DNA from: Bradymonadia bacterium
GTDB lineage: Bacteria; Myxococcota_A; Bradymonadia; UBA7976; UBA1532
Assembly: GCA_046290225.1 (NCBI GenBank)
Contig: JBKAGE010000005.1
Span: 12,844-76,843 of the forward strand
DNA: 64,000 nucleotides
Direction: 5' to 3'
Shown in pieces: positions 21,327 through 32,263 of this stretch (its first letter is position 1; the number at the start of each line of letters is the position of its first letter). The translations under genes were made by a program, and so were the position numbers. A model generated the notes under the pieces. The model had not been told where the DNA came from, searched no databases, and saw nothing but the letters and a program-made list of their open reading frames with translations.

Positions 21327-24236
21327 TCAGGCTTTGATATGCACGATGCGGTGTCGGCCGGTCTCTGGGTCGAGTGACAGCAGCTGACCTTGGGGGCCCA
21401 GAGCGAGGATACGCTCTCTGAAGGCTCGGACACGAGGCACACCTTCACCCTCGAAGATGAAGCGGGCCCGTGGTGACACCACACCATTGCAATAGATCTC
21501 AAGCTGGCTGCGGTCGTCTCGTCGAGGGTAGAGCCACCATTGACCCCCATGAAAGAGCGGGGTTTGCCAGGACGATGACGTGGACGATGTGTCTTCCAGA
21601 TCGGGCCACATGGCTTCAGTGCCCGGGTGGGCAAACCGACGCCCGTCGGGGAAGATGGCGCACACCTTCTGTTTCTCGGACCAGGTGAGCGACATGCCCG
21701 TGCCTCGAACCGAGAGGGCACCCAGCTCATGACCCACGGTGTGACGCCGCCTCAGGGTCATGCTGGGGGTCTCGATCTGCCAGACCTGTGCGCTCTCACC
21801 ATGCTCGACCCGCCATACGCACATGTTGGTGGTGCGGGCAAACCCCGTCACGATGCCTTCGCTCTCCACCTTCCACAGCGCAGTGAAGCGGTGCTCGAAG
21901 ACATCGAGGGCCATGACCTGTGTGTCCGTGGCCACGAGCCATCGATCCCCGTCGAAGGTGTCGGCGAAGGCCTGTAGTTTGATCTCACCCCACGCCTCTG
22001 CAGCGCCGTCGATGATGTTCACTCGGGTCACGCGCCAGACATCCCCTCGGCGGGCGAGGGCCAGCAGGCGGGTGCGGTCGTCGGAGATGACCAGCACCTC
22101 GGCGGGGTGGGGCACACGGGTGTGTGGGCGCCCACTGCGATCTGTGAGCCAGAGGCCACCTTCGCCCAGAGCGACCGCGAAACCATTGTCCAACAGCGCC
22201 ACATCGACGGCGAGGGCGGTCCCACCCTCGTCACGGAAGGTGAGATGCAGAGGCATGCCCCCATTGGCAGGCAATAAGGGGTTCTTCGGGGTCGTGGGGA
22301 TGGAGGCGCCCTGAAAGTCCACCTTGAAGATCGGATCGTGATTGCGCCGGGCGAGCTGCTTCAGGCTGCGTTGGCCCGTGCGTTGCGCGTGGGAAGGCAA
22401 CAGTCGACGGATCAGCGCGCGGATGAGTGATTGCTCTCCAGGGCCTGCGTCTCGGAGACCTGGAAAGCCCATGAGATCGCCGGAGCCGGTGAGGCCGTCG
22501 AGCAACGCAGAGAGCGTCTGATCCACGTCGGGATCATCCTCTGCCTCGGCCATCAGGGCCTCTACCCTCGCCCGCAGCGCCATGGAGGGCAGCGCGCGGC
22601 CATCAGAGAGTCGCCTGATCTGTATGCCCAGCATCGACGCGCCTTTGGCGCCGCCTTGCTCGATGAGCTGATCGATGCAGGTCTCCAAGACGCGCTTCAG
22701 CTCTACCTTGGGGGCCACCTTGAGCAGGGGCCAGCCCACCGCCACCGCGCGGCCGAGGGCGCCGGTGCGGGCGAGGTGCATGGCCCAGACACCACGCAAC
22801 GCCCGGGCTTTGGCGGGGTGATCGCCTTCGAGCTGTTGCACCGCCTCTTCGAAGGCACCGTGTCGACGGGCGAGCCAGATCACCCGCTCCACATCGCCGG
22901 CGAGCATCCACTGACGCATGATCAAGGGTGCCTTGAGCCCCCGGGCCTCGGCGAGCTGCGCCGCGAGGCGGAAGCGCTCGTGGCGTTCGAGGTAGGCCAC
23001 GGCCTCTTCGCTCTCGCCGAGCAGCTCTGCCAGCACGAAGGCGGCGCGGTCGATCTCGCCCTGCTCGTCGAGGCGCTCGAAGGCCTGGCGATACATCTGG
23101 CGGATGCGGGCATAGCCCCCTCGGCCCATGTGCAGGCTCGAGCCGCCGCCTGAGGCCCGCTGCAGCGAGATCTGCAAATCATCTCGGCGGTCGGGCAGCC
23201 CCGGGGTCCAGCCCAAACCCTCGCCGCCTTCTCCTTTGCCGAGGGGGATCGCCCGACGCAGGGCCTCGTCGAACTGGCCCCGATCGAACATCTCCACCAT
23301 CTCGTTGAGGTAGTTCACCTGCTCGGCGAGGGCGCGGTTGCCCAGGCCCATCTTCAACAGCCGCTGCATCAACCGGGCCTTGAGGCGCTCACCCGCCGAG
23401 GGTCCTCGGTCGGGCCCATCGGGCATCCACCGCTCGCCCTCGTCGGGCTTGGGGGTGCGTCGCATGTCGCCACCAAAGGCCCCGAGCAGCCGTGAAAGCC
23501 AGCCCTGTCGCCGATGTGGCACCGCCAGATCTGTGGTGTCGAAGGCCCCAGAGGAGGACTCAGGTTGGGGCTTTGCAGGGGCAGAGCGCCCTTTGAAGAG
23601 CCCTCTCAACCAGCCACCAAGCCCGCGAGAAGGCGTATCAGGGAGAGGCTCGCCACTGAGAGCGCGCTCCACCTGAGCCCGTCGGGGATCAGCAGAGGGT
23701 ATGGTGCCGCCGAAGAGGCCCCGTACTTCGGGCGGGGTCTCGATGATGACTTCTGGGGGCGGTGGAGGCAGGCCGAGGGGGCGCACCTCGACCAGACGGA
23801 ACATCTCCACGTCGAGCCAGAGGCTGATGTCGAAGAGCGTCGCCTGGAGCCCCTCTGACTGATCCTGCCCTCGAGGGACGCGCCACACGTGCAGTCGACC
23901 GCCCACAGCAAGAGCCAGCTGCCCGCGGCGGGCGATGGCGCCGTGCTCGGATTCGGGCAAGTCGACGGCGAGGGAGACACCCCGGCCACGGACCACCACG
24001 GCCCCGGGCGCCCCTCTCGCAGGCAGGCGCACGTGTCCCGGCCAGCTGAGCCACCATCGGTTGCGATCAGCAGGCTCACCAGGGAGAGGGCTCAAGCGAT
24101 AGAGGCGGGCCGAGGGCGACCACAAGGCCATCACCCGAGCGCGGACCGTTTCATGGTCGAGGAGGGCCTCGTCGAAGATCAGGCCGCAGGCTTCCGGGTG
24201 CCCGCGCAGGGGCTTGAAGATCATGGGGGTGCTCAT
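21327..24236 (-). CDS. bpX6-like protein: N-terminal domain, TPR-like helical middle, C-terminal beta-propeller
   Basis: N-terminal GLIFDEALL...RARVMALWSP..RLYRL; middle YLNEMVEMFDRG.FDEALRRAIPL and IDRAAFVLAELL; C-terminal beta-rich repeats. Family recognised by eye. Confidence 0.75.
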   Translation of the reverse strand: MSTPMIFKPLRGHPEACGLIFDEALLDHETVRARVMALWSPSARLYRLSPLPGEPADRNRWWLSWPGHVRLPARGAPGAVVVRGRGVSLAVDLPESEHGAIARRGQLALAVGGRLHVWRVPRGQDQSEGLQATLFDISLWLDVEMFRLVEVRPLGLPPPPPEVIIETPPEVRGLFGGTIPSADPRRAQVERALSGEPLPDTPSRGLGGWLRGLFKGRSAPAKPQPESSSGAFDTTDLAVPHRRQGWLSRLLGAFGGDMRRTPKPDEGERWMPDGPDRGPSAGERLKARLMQRLLKMGLGNRALAEQVNYLNEMVEMFDRGQFDEALRRAIPLGKGEGGEGLGWTPGLPDRRDDLQISLQRASGGGSSLHMGRGGYARIRQMYRQAFERLDEQGEIDRAAFVLAELLGESEEAVAYLERHERFRLAAQLAEARGLKAPLIMRQWMLAGDVERVIWLARRHGAFEEAVQQLEGDHPAKARALRGVWAMHLARTGALGRAVAVGWPLLKVAPKVELKRVLETCIDQLIEQGGAKGASMLGIQIRRLSDGRALPSMALRARVEALMAEAEDDPDVDQTLSALLDGLTGSGDLMGFPGLRDAGPGEQSLIRALIRRLLPSHAQRTGQRSLKQLARRNHDPIFKVDFQGASIPTTPKNPLLPANGGMPLHLTFRDEGGTALAVDVALLDNGFAVALGEGGLWLTDRSGRPHTRVPHPAEVLVISDDRTRLLALARRGDVWRVTRVNIIDGAAEAWGEIKLQAFADTFDGDRWLVATDTQVMALDVFEHRFTALWKVESEGIVTGFARTTNMCVWRVEHGESAQVWQIETPSMTLRRRHTVGHELGALSVRGTGMSLTWSEKQKVCAIFPDGRRFAHPGTEAMWPDLEDTSSTSSSWQTPLFHGGQWWLYPRRDDRSQLEIYCNGVVSPRARFIFEGEGVPRVRAFRERILALGPQGQLLSLDPETGRHRIVHIKA

Positions 24237-26167
24237 GGGTGGGTGTCCCCCATGCGATCGAGCAGCAAAGCGTCAGATCGACCGAGATCGATCACTTTCA
24301 GCCACCCCGAGCTGCTCCGCACGGCCACTCGGGGTGTCATCGAGTCTACGGCCACTTGGTCGATGGGCTCGTCGGTGAACTCGAGCAGAGGCACCCGGGT
24401 GGTGTTGCCCTCGGCGCTCAGGCGCCACAGCGCCCGCGCGTCGGTGGCCTCCGGGTGTACGAGCAGCGAGAGTGCGTACGAGCGCGTGTAGTCGGCGATG
24501 ACCCCGACGACACGGTGCTCCGGATCCACGTGAATGGGCACCACCGCAGAAGGCCTGGCGCGGCCAGGATCACCCTTCACCATGTCCTCCCAGCTGCGGC
24601 GAGGGCGTACGAGCAGCCATTGAGATGCGGCGCTGCGCACCGCCACAGTGGGGTGTCCGTGGCGGTGAGGGTTGCCCACGAAGACCACCGGGTCTGGATC
24701 GACCTCGAAGGTCAATGGCACCAGCGCGTTGCGGGGGTTGGTGCCCACGCTGTGCACCTTGATCTCCGACTCGGTGGGGGCGCTCACCACGACGAAGCCG
24801 TCTTCGATGCTCTCGGCGGCGATGACCGAGTGGGCGGCGAGGGTGCACTCGGGGTCCGGGCCGCTCTGCAATAGATAGAGGCGCCCCTCACCATCGAGGA
24901 CGGCCGCCCGAGAAGGCCACCGGCCCAGCATGACCAGAGGCAGAGGCTCTTGGGGTGAGACCCAATCCTCTGGCAGAGGCCATTGTTGTTGTGCCTGGCC
25001 TTTCCACCAGAGCGTCAACCAGTCGGCGTCTGCGGTGACCGCTGTGTACGAGCGACCCTGGAACCCCACCGCCACCACTTTGCCTTCGACGTGCTCGGGG
25101 AACTGGCGGGTACGGCCGTGAGGGCGCGCATGAGGTGAGTTGGGGACGTGCCACGCCAATGGTCGCCAGCCCTCGGTCTGCCAGCCCGGCGATTTGTCTG
25201 CGGGTACCCACCCCAGAAGGCGGGTCCCCACGAACCTCAGCCGGCTCAGATTGGGAGATTGGACCCGGCCAGGCAGCGTCAACGTCTGCCGGCGCTGCGC
25301 CTCCAAACCGGCGAACGGGTCACGCAACAATCGTGCGCCCTGACCGCGCTCTATGCCCGGCAGTGTCAACGTGAGGGCCGGTGCGCCGGGCCTGAGTATG
25401 CGCACGGGCAGATCGGGGGTCTCGTCAGAGGGCTCGGCCCATAAGGGCGTCTCGATGATCAGGCGAGAGAGCTGATCGGTGAGCTGGGGGTGCCGGCAGA
25501 GCTGTCGCCCGCCCTGGGGGCCGCCCACCCACCACAGCGTCTCGATCTCGGCCTCGACGCACTGGTCCAGCCACGCTTCGAGGGCTGTGTCGTCCACGGG
25601 CAGGGCCCCCCGGGCGTCGAGCCAGCAGCGGATGCCCTCCGGATCGAGCCCGATCCAAGGCCCTTGATCGAGACGCTGCGCCACCACCCATCTGATCTCG
25701 CCGCCCTGGGCTGCGCAACGCTGAGCCAGGACCACCAGCGCGGCGAGCTGGGCCAGCCGTGGAGCTCCGAGTACCTCGGGCCCCGCATCGACGATGACAC
25801 CCAGGTGGCCCGCCCCCAGAGGATGACTGCGGGCCAGGGCCAGGAAGGCGTGCTCTCCCATGGCTGCCCGACGGTCGAATTCCATGGGGGCCTCTTCCGC
25901 GAGCAGCCACTCGCTCAGGAGCAGCCGATCATATGGCCCGGTGCCGCTGAGGCCTTCGTATCCATCAGGCTCGCTCTGTGCCGGATCAGGCGCCCGCTGG
26001 GCGATGGGCCCGATGCCCGCTTGCAGCCGACCGAGCCAGGGCCCCAGCAACATCGCTACGTGATGGGGGAACGCCGCCAGCGCTTCAGCCCATGGCTGGA
26101 GCGACGGAGGCAGATCAGGAGATGAATGTGATGTCGGAGGCGCGCCCATAGGGCGAATGTGACACAA
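24233..26167 (-). CDS. vWA-like plus beta-rich protein, partner of bpX6 in MoxR ternary systems
   Basis: EPDGYEGLSGTGPYDRLLLSEWLLA..EFDRRAAMGEH, then VIVDAGPEVLGAPRL. ATGA coupling to the bpX6-like gene. Confidence 0.72.
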   Translation of the reverse strand: MCHIRPMGAPPTSHSSPDLPPSLQPWAEALAAFPHHVAMLLGPWLGRLQAGIGPIAQRAPDPAQSEPDGYEGLSGTGPYDRLLLSEWLLAEEAPMEFDRRAAMGEHAFLALARSHPLGAGHLGVIVDAGPEVLGAPRLAQLAALVVLAQRCAAQGGEIRWVVAQRLDQGPWIGLDPEGIRCWLDARGALPVDDTALEAWLDQCVEAEIETLWWVGGPQGGRQLCRHPQLTDQLSRLIIETPLWAEPSDETPDLPVRILRPGAPALTLTLPGIERGQGARLLRDPFAGLEAQRRQTLTLPGRVQSPNLSRLRFVGTRLLGWVPADKSPGWQTEGWRPLAWHVPNSPHARPHGRTRQFPEHVEGKVVAVGFQGRSYTAVTADADWLTLWWKGQAQQQWPLPEDWVSPQEPLPLVMLGRWPSRAAVLDGEGRLYLLQSGPDPECTLAAHSVIAAESIEDGFVVVSAPTESEIKVHSVGTNPRNALVPLTFEVDPDPVVFVGNPHRHGHPTVAVRSAASQWLLVRPRRSWEDMVKGDPGRARPSAVVPIHVDPEHRVVGVIADYTRSYALSLLVHPEATDARALWRLSAEGNTTRVPLLEFTDEPIDQVAVDSMTPRVAVRSSSGWLKVIDLGRSDALLLDRMGDTHP

Positions 26168-26206
26168 GGCTCCGGGGGAGGCGAGTCTGGGGGCTTGAGG
26201 TGTGGC

Positions 26207-27133
26207 TCAGCCTTTGTGAGTGCCTGATGCTTCGGCGATCAGGTATCCACCCCCACGCTTGGCGGCGTACATCGCCTGATCTGCCATTTGGAGGAGCTGC
26301 TCGGCGCTGTGCCCATCCCAGGGATAGAAGGCCAGCCCCACGCTGGCGCCGACCTCGACTGAGCACGTCTGGCCATCAACGTGCACACTGTAATGTTGAG
26401 CGATGGCTGATCGCAGGCGGTTGGCGAGAGCGAGCCCTGCCTCTTGATCGGCGATGCCCTCGAAGAGACAGACGAACTCGTCGCCGCCGAGGCGCGCGGC
26501 CGTGTCTCCACTGCGGATCAGGTTCGAGATGATCTGGCCCACTTGAACCAGGACCTCGTCCCCAGCGGCGTGGCCATATGTGTCATTGACGGTCTTGAAG
26601 CCGTTGAGATCGACGAAGCACACACACAGCGGGCTCATATCTCGCTGTCGTAGAGCATGCTCCAGACGGCTCTCGAGCAGTGAGCGGTTGGGCAAACCTG
26701 TGAGGTGATCATAGAACGCCGAGCGCTTCATATGAGACATCCGGCGGCTGCGGCTGATGGCGTAGCGCATCGATCTGCTGAGTGTCTCGGGCTTGATCTC
26801 GCCCTTGAGCAGATAGTCCTGAGCCCCGATGTCCATGGCCTCTTCACCCAGCGTGTCGTCGCTGTGGCCCGTGAGCACGATGATGGGCGTGTCATCGAGC
26901 ACGTGAAGGGCCCGATGAACGGTGGTCAAACCCTGGCTGCTCGGCAGACCGAGATCCAACAGGCAGACATCAAATCGATCGTCGAGAGGTTGAGGTGGGA
27001 GATCAGCCAGTCTGCTGATGCAGATCGCATCTGCACGAGGCGTACTGCTCAACGCGCGGCGGACGATGAGCGCATCGACATCGTGATCCTCCACGAGGAG
27101 CACGTTGAGGGTGTTCTGGGCTGCGCTCGGCAT
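26207..27133 (-). CDS. REC-GGDEF diguanylate cyclase
   Basis: Receiver motifs VLLVEDH and LLDLGLP; DHLTGLPNR; FKTVNDTYGH; RSGD I-site; RLGGDEF. Confidence 0.93.
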   Translation of the reverse strand: MPSAAQNTLNVLLVEDHDVDALIVRRALSSTPRADAICISRLADLPPQPLDDRFDVCLLDLGLPSSQGLTTVHRALHVLDDTPIIVLTGHSDDTLGEEAMDIGAQDYLLKGEIKPETLSRSMRYAISRSRRMSHMKRSAFYDHLTGLPNRSLLESRLEHALRQRDMSPLCVCFVDLNGFKTVNDTYGHAAGDEVLVQVGQIISNLIRSGDTAARLGGDEFVCLFEGIADQEAGLALANRLRSAIAQHYSVHVDGQTCSVEVGASVGLAFYPWDGHSAEQLLQMADQAMYAAKRGGGYLIAEASGTHKG

Positions 27134-27316
27134 GATGACAGGACCTGCTCATCGTCCGTACTGGGACTTACGTTCCATTACGACGCATATCTAAATGTCC
27201 TTGAGTCTGTGCACGCGTTGACCCAGGTGCTGCCTGCCATCTGAAGCACCTTGAGGCATTGCCACGCTCTCTGGGGGGCGGTACACCAGAGCACACCCAT
27301 TGCACAGGAGGAACAC

Positions 27317-27778
27317 ATGGGTCTGTTCGGCAAGCTGAAGGGGATGAAGAACGCCATCACGGGCGGCGGCGCCGAGGTCACCGTCGAGGTGGGCGAGGCG
27401 CAACTGGGCGGTGTGGCGCCGGTTCGGGTGACGGCTCTGGCCAAGGCCGACTTCAACATCCAGCGGGTTTACCTTCTGGTGCAGTGCAACGAGGGGGCGC
27501 TGGTGCACGACGTCGACGTGGCCCGCAACGGTCAGCTCTATCGAGAGACCGTCGAGGGCGAGGTGTGCACCTGCAACCTCGAAATCGACATCGCTGAAGG
27601 TGGCAGTCTGTCTGAAGGTGAGACCTACACCTGGGAGTCCGACTTCGAGTTGCCTGCCGAGGGCCTGCCCACCCTCGCCGGCCAGACGATCCGCAACACG
27701 TGGATCATCCGTGCGGGCCTCGACGCTCGGGGCAATGATCCCGACTCGGGCTGGGTCGAGTTCGTCGTTTATCCCTGA
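27317..27778 (+). CDS. SpoOM/arrestin-like protein
   Basis: AGGAGG RBS; MGLFGKLK..ITGGGAEVTV start; beta-rich; ends AGLDARGNDPD. Confidence 0.65.
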   Translation: MGLFGKLKGMKNAITGGGAEVTVEVGEAQLGGVAPVRVTALAKADFNIQRVYLLVQCNEGALVHDVDVARNGQLYRETVEGEVCTCNLEIDIAEGGSLSEGETYTWESDFELPAEGLPTLAGQTIRNTWIIRAGLDARGNDPDSGWVEFVVYP

Positions 27779-27804
27779 AAGGCCAGACTGGGCCTGGCCG
27801 TGGG

Positions 27805-28740
27805 TCACATGCCCAAACGGATGCGGAACCCGCGATAATCTGCCCATATGCCTTCGAACATGAAGCCCGCCATCCAGAGATCGACCTGAGTGTCGGTGGG
27901 AAGGACGTAGGGCCGATCCAGGGCAACACCGAGGGCGTCAGGGAGCGTATCCATGATCGCGCCGGTGTCGAGGCTCACGGTGAGCACCGCCTTGCCGGCG
28001 CCGTCGCCCACCACCACGTCGGTCCCTGCAGCGGCGACGTCCATCAGCCGGATGCCGCTGAGAGTGTGGTGGCTGATGATGACACCTTCACGTACGTGGA
28101 AGATTTTTTCGCCGCCGAGCATGCCTGCCACGAACTCTTCCTGAGGCGTGTTGTCGTTGACCGAGACCACGGCACAGACGTCGTCGTTCCAGGGCAGCTG
28201 GATGCGCTGGGTGTCAGTGGGATCGTCCAGGTTGACGCGGACCACCGTCGCCACAGGCCCGGTCGATGGGTGGTGCCACAGCCCTGAGACGAACGCATGG
28301 CCGGTGCCGAGATGCGTGTCCAGATCACAGATCTCCACAAAGCCCTCAACGCGACCGCCACCCATGGGTACGAAATCGATGCTGGCGAGGGTGTTGCCCT
28401 GATCATCCAGGGTGTCAAGATCGCCGTCACGGGTGATGGCGAGCATGCTGTTCACATCTGAGGGGTTCGGCGCGATGCCTCTGTAGGGGCTGCCGTTGGG
28501 GAATGTACGCTTGGCGTGGAGCTGTCCGTCGGCCGTGAAGATCTTGAGGGTGTCGATCTGGGGGGCGAACGCCGTGTCCTTGAAGTCGAACACGTACACA
28601 CGCTGATGCGCGCTGTCCGTGGCGAGGAGGTTGTTCATGGGGAACAACAGATCACGGTGTGTGATCTCGGGGAACAGCTGTTCGAAGACACAGCCTGTCA
28701 TCACGAGACAGAGGCTGAAGAAGAGAAGTACTCGACGCAT
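27805..28740 (-). CDS. Lipoprotein, probable beta-propeller
   Basis: MRRVLLFFSLCLVMTGC lipoprotein signal with a GGGAG RBS; repeated beta-strand blades. Confidence 0.7.
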   Translation of the reverse strand: MRRVLLFFSLCLVMTGCVFEQLFPEITHRDLLFPMNNLLATDSAHQRVYVFDFKDTAFAPQIDTLKIFTADGQLHAKRTFPNGSPYRGIAPNPSDVNSMLAITRDGDLDTLDDQGNTLASIDFVPMGGGRVEGFVEICDLDTHLGTGHAFVSGLWHHPSTGPVATVVRVNLDDPTDTQRIQLPWNDDVCAVVSVNDNTPQEEFVAGMLGGEKIFHVREGVIISHHTLSGIRLMDVAAAGTDVVVGDGAGKAVLTVSLDTGAIMDTLPDALGVALDRPYVLPTDTQVDLWMAGFMFEGIWADYRGFRIRLGM

Positions 28741-28843
28741 GTAGAGCTCCCTGGGTTGAAGGTGCGGTGGGCTTGGGCCCGCCATGCCTTTACAGGGGCG
28801 CTGATGTAGTTCTTTTCTCGGGTGAGTTAATTTTGGGGTGAGT

Positions 28844-29530
28844 TTATTTGGGGCAAGGTCCTCCAGCATCCACCCACGCCCTCATCGCCGAGACGAAGGT
28901 GGTGTGGCTCACCGGCGGCTTCGTGCGGTTGCCCCCAGGGTTCCAGCCCCAGAGCACCAACGGGTCGTGACTCACATGGTGCAAGAGACCGGCGAGGGTC
29001 TTCCCGCCGTTTTGCTTCGGATCTTTGAGCTGAGCGCACAGCTGCGCTTCGGAGCGGCCCTGGAAGATGAGGGGCATCTCTTTGTCGGGCAGGCCCCAAT
29101 GCGGGGCGCCAGGCGGGCCCGCCACACCGAAGAAGTCGCTGTTCTGTTCCCCATGGCAGGTGCTGCAGGGCAGGCCATTGTCGGCGCTGGCCCGGGAGAT
29201 GTTCATGGCGTGTGGGATGTGCTGGTCCGTCTGCAGAGGACGGTCACCGTCGGGGTGACAGTTCATGCAACGTGGGGACTGAAGCACCTGATAGACCGTG
29301 CTGAAGGCCTTGAGCGGATCCTGTTTGCTCGGGGTCACACCACCAGCGCTCACCGAGGGCACCGTGGGGTGAGCGCTGGTGGTGTGACCACCGCTCGTGG
29401 AGAGCGTCGTCGCGCTCGAAGACGTGGGCTTCGTCGTCGAGGAGGACGGTGGGTTCGCATGGGCAGCCAGAGCCACGAGGGAGAGACCACCAATGAGGAG
29501 AGCGGATCGCTGAAAGACTGTATTCGACAT
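28844..29530 (-). CDS. Periplasmic di-haem cytochrome c subunit associated with IorAB
   Basis: Signal peptide; PRCMNCH and CSTCH; downstream of and coupled to iorB. Confidence 0.85.
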   Translation of the reverse strand: MSNTVFQRSALLIGGLSLVALAAHANPPSSSTTKPTSSSATTLSTSGGHTTSAHPTVPSVSAGGVTPSKQDPLKAFSTVYQVLQSPRCMNCHPDGDRPLQTDQHIPHAMNISRASADNGLPCSTCHGEQNSDFFGVAGPPGAPHWGLPDKEMPLIFQGRSEAQLCAQLKDPKQNGGKTLAGLLHHVSHDPLVLWGWNPGGNRTKPPVSHTTFVSAMRAWVDAGGPCPK

Positions 29531-31758
29531 CAGCCCACCTCCTTCAGGGCGTCATTGAAGGGCATCGACCGCAGGCGTTTGCCGGTGACCTGGAACAAGG
29601 CCGTGGCTACGGTAGAGGGCACCAGGGGCACCCCCAGCTCGCCCACGCCGGTGGGTGGATTGTCGGTCTCCACAATCTCCACGGTGATCTCGGGGATCTG
29701 GTACATGCGGGCGATGGGGAAGTCGTCGAAGTTGCCCTGCTTCACCCGGCCGGCTTTGATGTCGATGCGCTCGTCGAAGATGGCCGAGAGGGCGAAGATC
29801 ACTCCGCCTTCCATCTGCGCGATCACCTGGTCGGGGTTTACCACCTGACCACAGTCGATGGTGGTCCAGATGCGCCGTACCTTGGGGGTGCCGTCCACCA
29901 TGCCCGCTTCGGCCACCATGCCCACATACGATCCAAAGGCCTTGCCCACGGCGATGCCGCGGCCCCAGCCCTCTTCGGCACCCCCAGACCATTTGCTGAT
30001 CTCGGCCACCTTCTTCAAAACCGCCATGCGGCGATCTGCGTCATCGAGCATGCCCACGCGGAAATCGTACGGATCTTGCCCGGCGAGGTGAGCCATCTCG
30101 TCGATGAAGCCTTCTCGGGCAAAGTCGTTCACCGAGTGACCCACCGAGCGCCAGAACAGCACGGGCACGTTGGCGTGGATGGCGCTGTATCCGACACGGT
30201 GATTGGGGATGCCGTATCCGAGCTCCCGAAGCCCCTCCAAGGCGATGATGTTGGGGATGGTGTCGCTGTCGAATGCCTGGCCCATCATGCGACCCACCAT
30301 CTTCCGGGTGATGGCCGGCAACCACTCTGGGGCGATGTAGGGGGTCAGCCCCTTCATGTCGAGCACGCTCTGAGACAGATGGTGAATCGACATGCCCGTG
30401 AGTTTGCCACCGCCATCGAGTGCGCCCTTGAGCCGGGTGACGGCCTGGGGTCGATAGTAGCCCGCCTTCATGTCGTCTTCTCGAGACCACATCACCTGCA
30501 CAGGTGCCTTGACGCGCTTTGAGATGAGCAGGGCTTGGAGCACGGGGTCGATGGCACCGCGACGGCCAAAACCCCCACCGAGATAGGTGGTGTTGCAGAT
30601 CACCTCTGCCCGGGGCACGCCGCCGATGTCTGCAGCCGCTGCCTGCACGCCGGACTGGAACTGAGTGGGCGCCCAAATCTCGACCCGCTTGCCATACTGC
30701 ACCCAGGCAGTGGCGTTCTGAGGCTCCAGAGGGGCGTGGGCGAGGTAGGGGGCGGTGTAGACCGCCTCGAGGGTCTTGCCAGAGCCTTCAAATGCCTCGT
30801 CGAAGTCACCCTCGGCGGCATGAGCGGGGGGCTCTTGTTTGCTGTGCTCGATGGCGCCCTTGATGATCTCGCCAGAGTCGAGTCGATCGTTTTCGGTGGC
30901 GCTCCAGGTGATCTCCACTGCAGCGGCGGCACGGCGTGCCTGCCAGTACTTCTCGGCCACCACGGCCACGCCGTACTCGAAGGGGAAGATCTGCTTTACG
31001 CCCTTCATACGGGCGGCCTTCTCGTACGTGACCGACTCCGCCTCGGAGCCCCAGGTCGGCGGGATGAGGACGATGGCCTTGAGCAGCCCGGGCACCTGCA
31101 CGTCGATGCCGAAGATGGGTCCACCGGTGACCTTGGGTCGCAGGTCGACCCGATCTGTGGGGCGACCGATGATCTTGAACTGCTCTTTACGCTTGAGTGT
31201 GACCTGCTCGGGGATTTTGACGCGAGCCGCCTCTCGGGTCAGCTCGCCGTAGGTCATCTTCTTGCCGCTGGCTTCGTGATGCACGGCACCGAGGCGGGCG
31301 ACACATGCGTTCCGTGGCACGCCCATCTTCTTCGCGCCTGCCTCGAGGAGCATTTCCCGAGCCGTAGCGGCGGCCTTGCGCACCGGGTGCCAGATCTCTG
31401 CGGTGGTGGTCGAGCCTCCGGTGATCTGAAGGCCCGCGGTCTGAAAGGCAGGCCCTGCCTTGGGCACGATCGTCACCGCGCTGGGGTCGAGCTCGAGCTC
31501 TTCGGCGGCGAGGATGGCATAGGTGGTGTAGATGCCCTGGCCCATCTCGCTCTTGCCTACGCCCACCTGCACTTCGTTTTTCGAGGTGATGGCGATGAAG
31601 ACGTTGGGCTCGAAGACGCCGTCGGCATCGGCCTTTTCGAGCATCGCTTCTTGGGCGCCACCGCAGCCCGAGGTGCTCAGACCGACCCACAAGGTGCCGG
31701 CCCCCATGAGGGTGACCCGCAAGAAGTCACGACGCTTCAGTGAAGTTCTGGTCGTCAT
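29530..31758 (-). CDS. iorB: Xanthine dehydrogenase family molybdopterin subunit (isoquinoline 1-oxidoreductase beta-like)
   Basis: Tat [45 protein letters not shown]. Confidence 0.92.
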   Translation of the reverse strand: MTTRTSLKRRDFLRVTLMGAGTLWVGLSTSGCGGAQEAMLEKADADGVFEPNVFIAITSKNEVQVGVGKSEMGQGIYTTYAILAAEELELDPSAVTIVPKAGPAFQTAGLQITGGSTTTAEIWHPVRKAAATAREMLLEAGAKKMGVPRNACVARLGAVHHEASGKKMTYGELTREAARVKIPEQVTLKRKEQFKIIGRPTDRVDLRPKVTGGPIFGIDVQVPGLLKAIVLIPPTWGSEAESVTYEKAARMKGVKQIFPFEYGVAVVAEKYWQARRAAAAVEITWSATENDRLDSGEIIKGAIEHSKQEPPAHAAEGDFDEAFEGSGKTLEAVYTAPYLAHAPLEPQNATAWVQYGKRVEIWAPTQFQSGVQAAAADIGGVPRAEVICNTTYLGGGFGRRGAIDPVLQALLISKRVKAPVQVMWSREDDMKAGYYRPQAVTRLKGALDGGGKLTGMSIHHLSQSVLDMKGLTPYIAPEWLPAITRKMVGRMMGQAFDSDTIPNIIALEGLRELGYGIPNHRVGYSAIHANVPVLFWRSVGHSVNDFAREGFIDEMAHLAGQDPYDFRVGMLDDADRRMAVLKKVAEISKWSGGAEEGWGRGIAVGKAFGSYVGMVAEAGMVDGTPKVRRIWTTIDCGQVVNPDQVIAQMEGGVIFALSAIFDERIDIKAGRVKQGNFDDFPIARMYQIPEITVEIVETDNPPTGVGELGVPLVPSTVATALFQVTGKRLRSMPFNDALKEVG

Positions 31759-32261
31759 TGGCCCCCCTCCGCGTCGCCCTCAGCGCTTGGCCCACGGGCC
31801 TGCTTGCGCATCTCCTCTGCGGCGAGGTGTACGGCCTTGCGGATACGAGGATAGGTGCCGCAGCGGCACAGGTTTGCCGAGAGGGCCGTGTCGATCTCCT
31901 CGTCGGTGGGGTTGGCGTTCACCTTCAGCAGCGCCACCGTGGACATGATCTGCCCCGCCTGGCAGTACCCGCATTGAGGCACGTTGAGCTTCATCCAGGC
32001 TTTCTGCACCGGGTGAGTGGGATCACCTTCGGGGCTGAGGCCCTCGATGGTGGTGATGTGCTTGCCCTCGACTGAGCCTGCTGCGGTGACGCACGAGCGC
32101 CGAGGTTTGCCATCGATGTGCACGGTGCACGCACCACACAGGGCCTTGCCGCAACCAAACTTGGCGCCGGTGAGGCCGAGCTCTTCTCTGAGCACCCACA
32201 GCAAGGGCACGTCATCGGGCACGTCGACGAACATGTCAGTGCCGTTGATTTTGAGGTTCAT
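31755..32261 (-). CDS. iorA: (2Fe-2S)-binding subunit (isoquinoline 1-oxidoreductase alpha-like)
   Basis: [28 protein letters not shown]. Start placed at ATG 32261. Confidence 0.92.
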   Translation of the reverse strand: MNLKINGTDMFVDVPDDVPLLWVLREELGLTGAKFGCGKALCGACTVHIDGKPRRSCVTAAGSVEGKHITTIEGLSPEGDPTHPVQKAWMKLNVPQCGYCQAGQIMSTVALLKVNANPTDEEIDTALSANLCRCGTYPRIRKAVHLAAEEMRKQARGPSAEGDAEGGQ

Positions 32262-32263
32262 GC

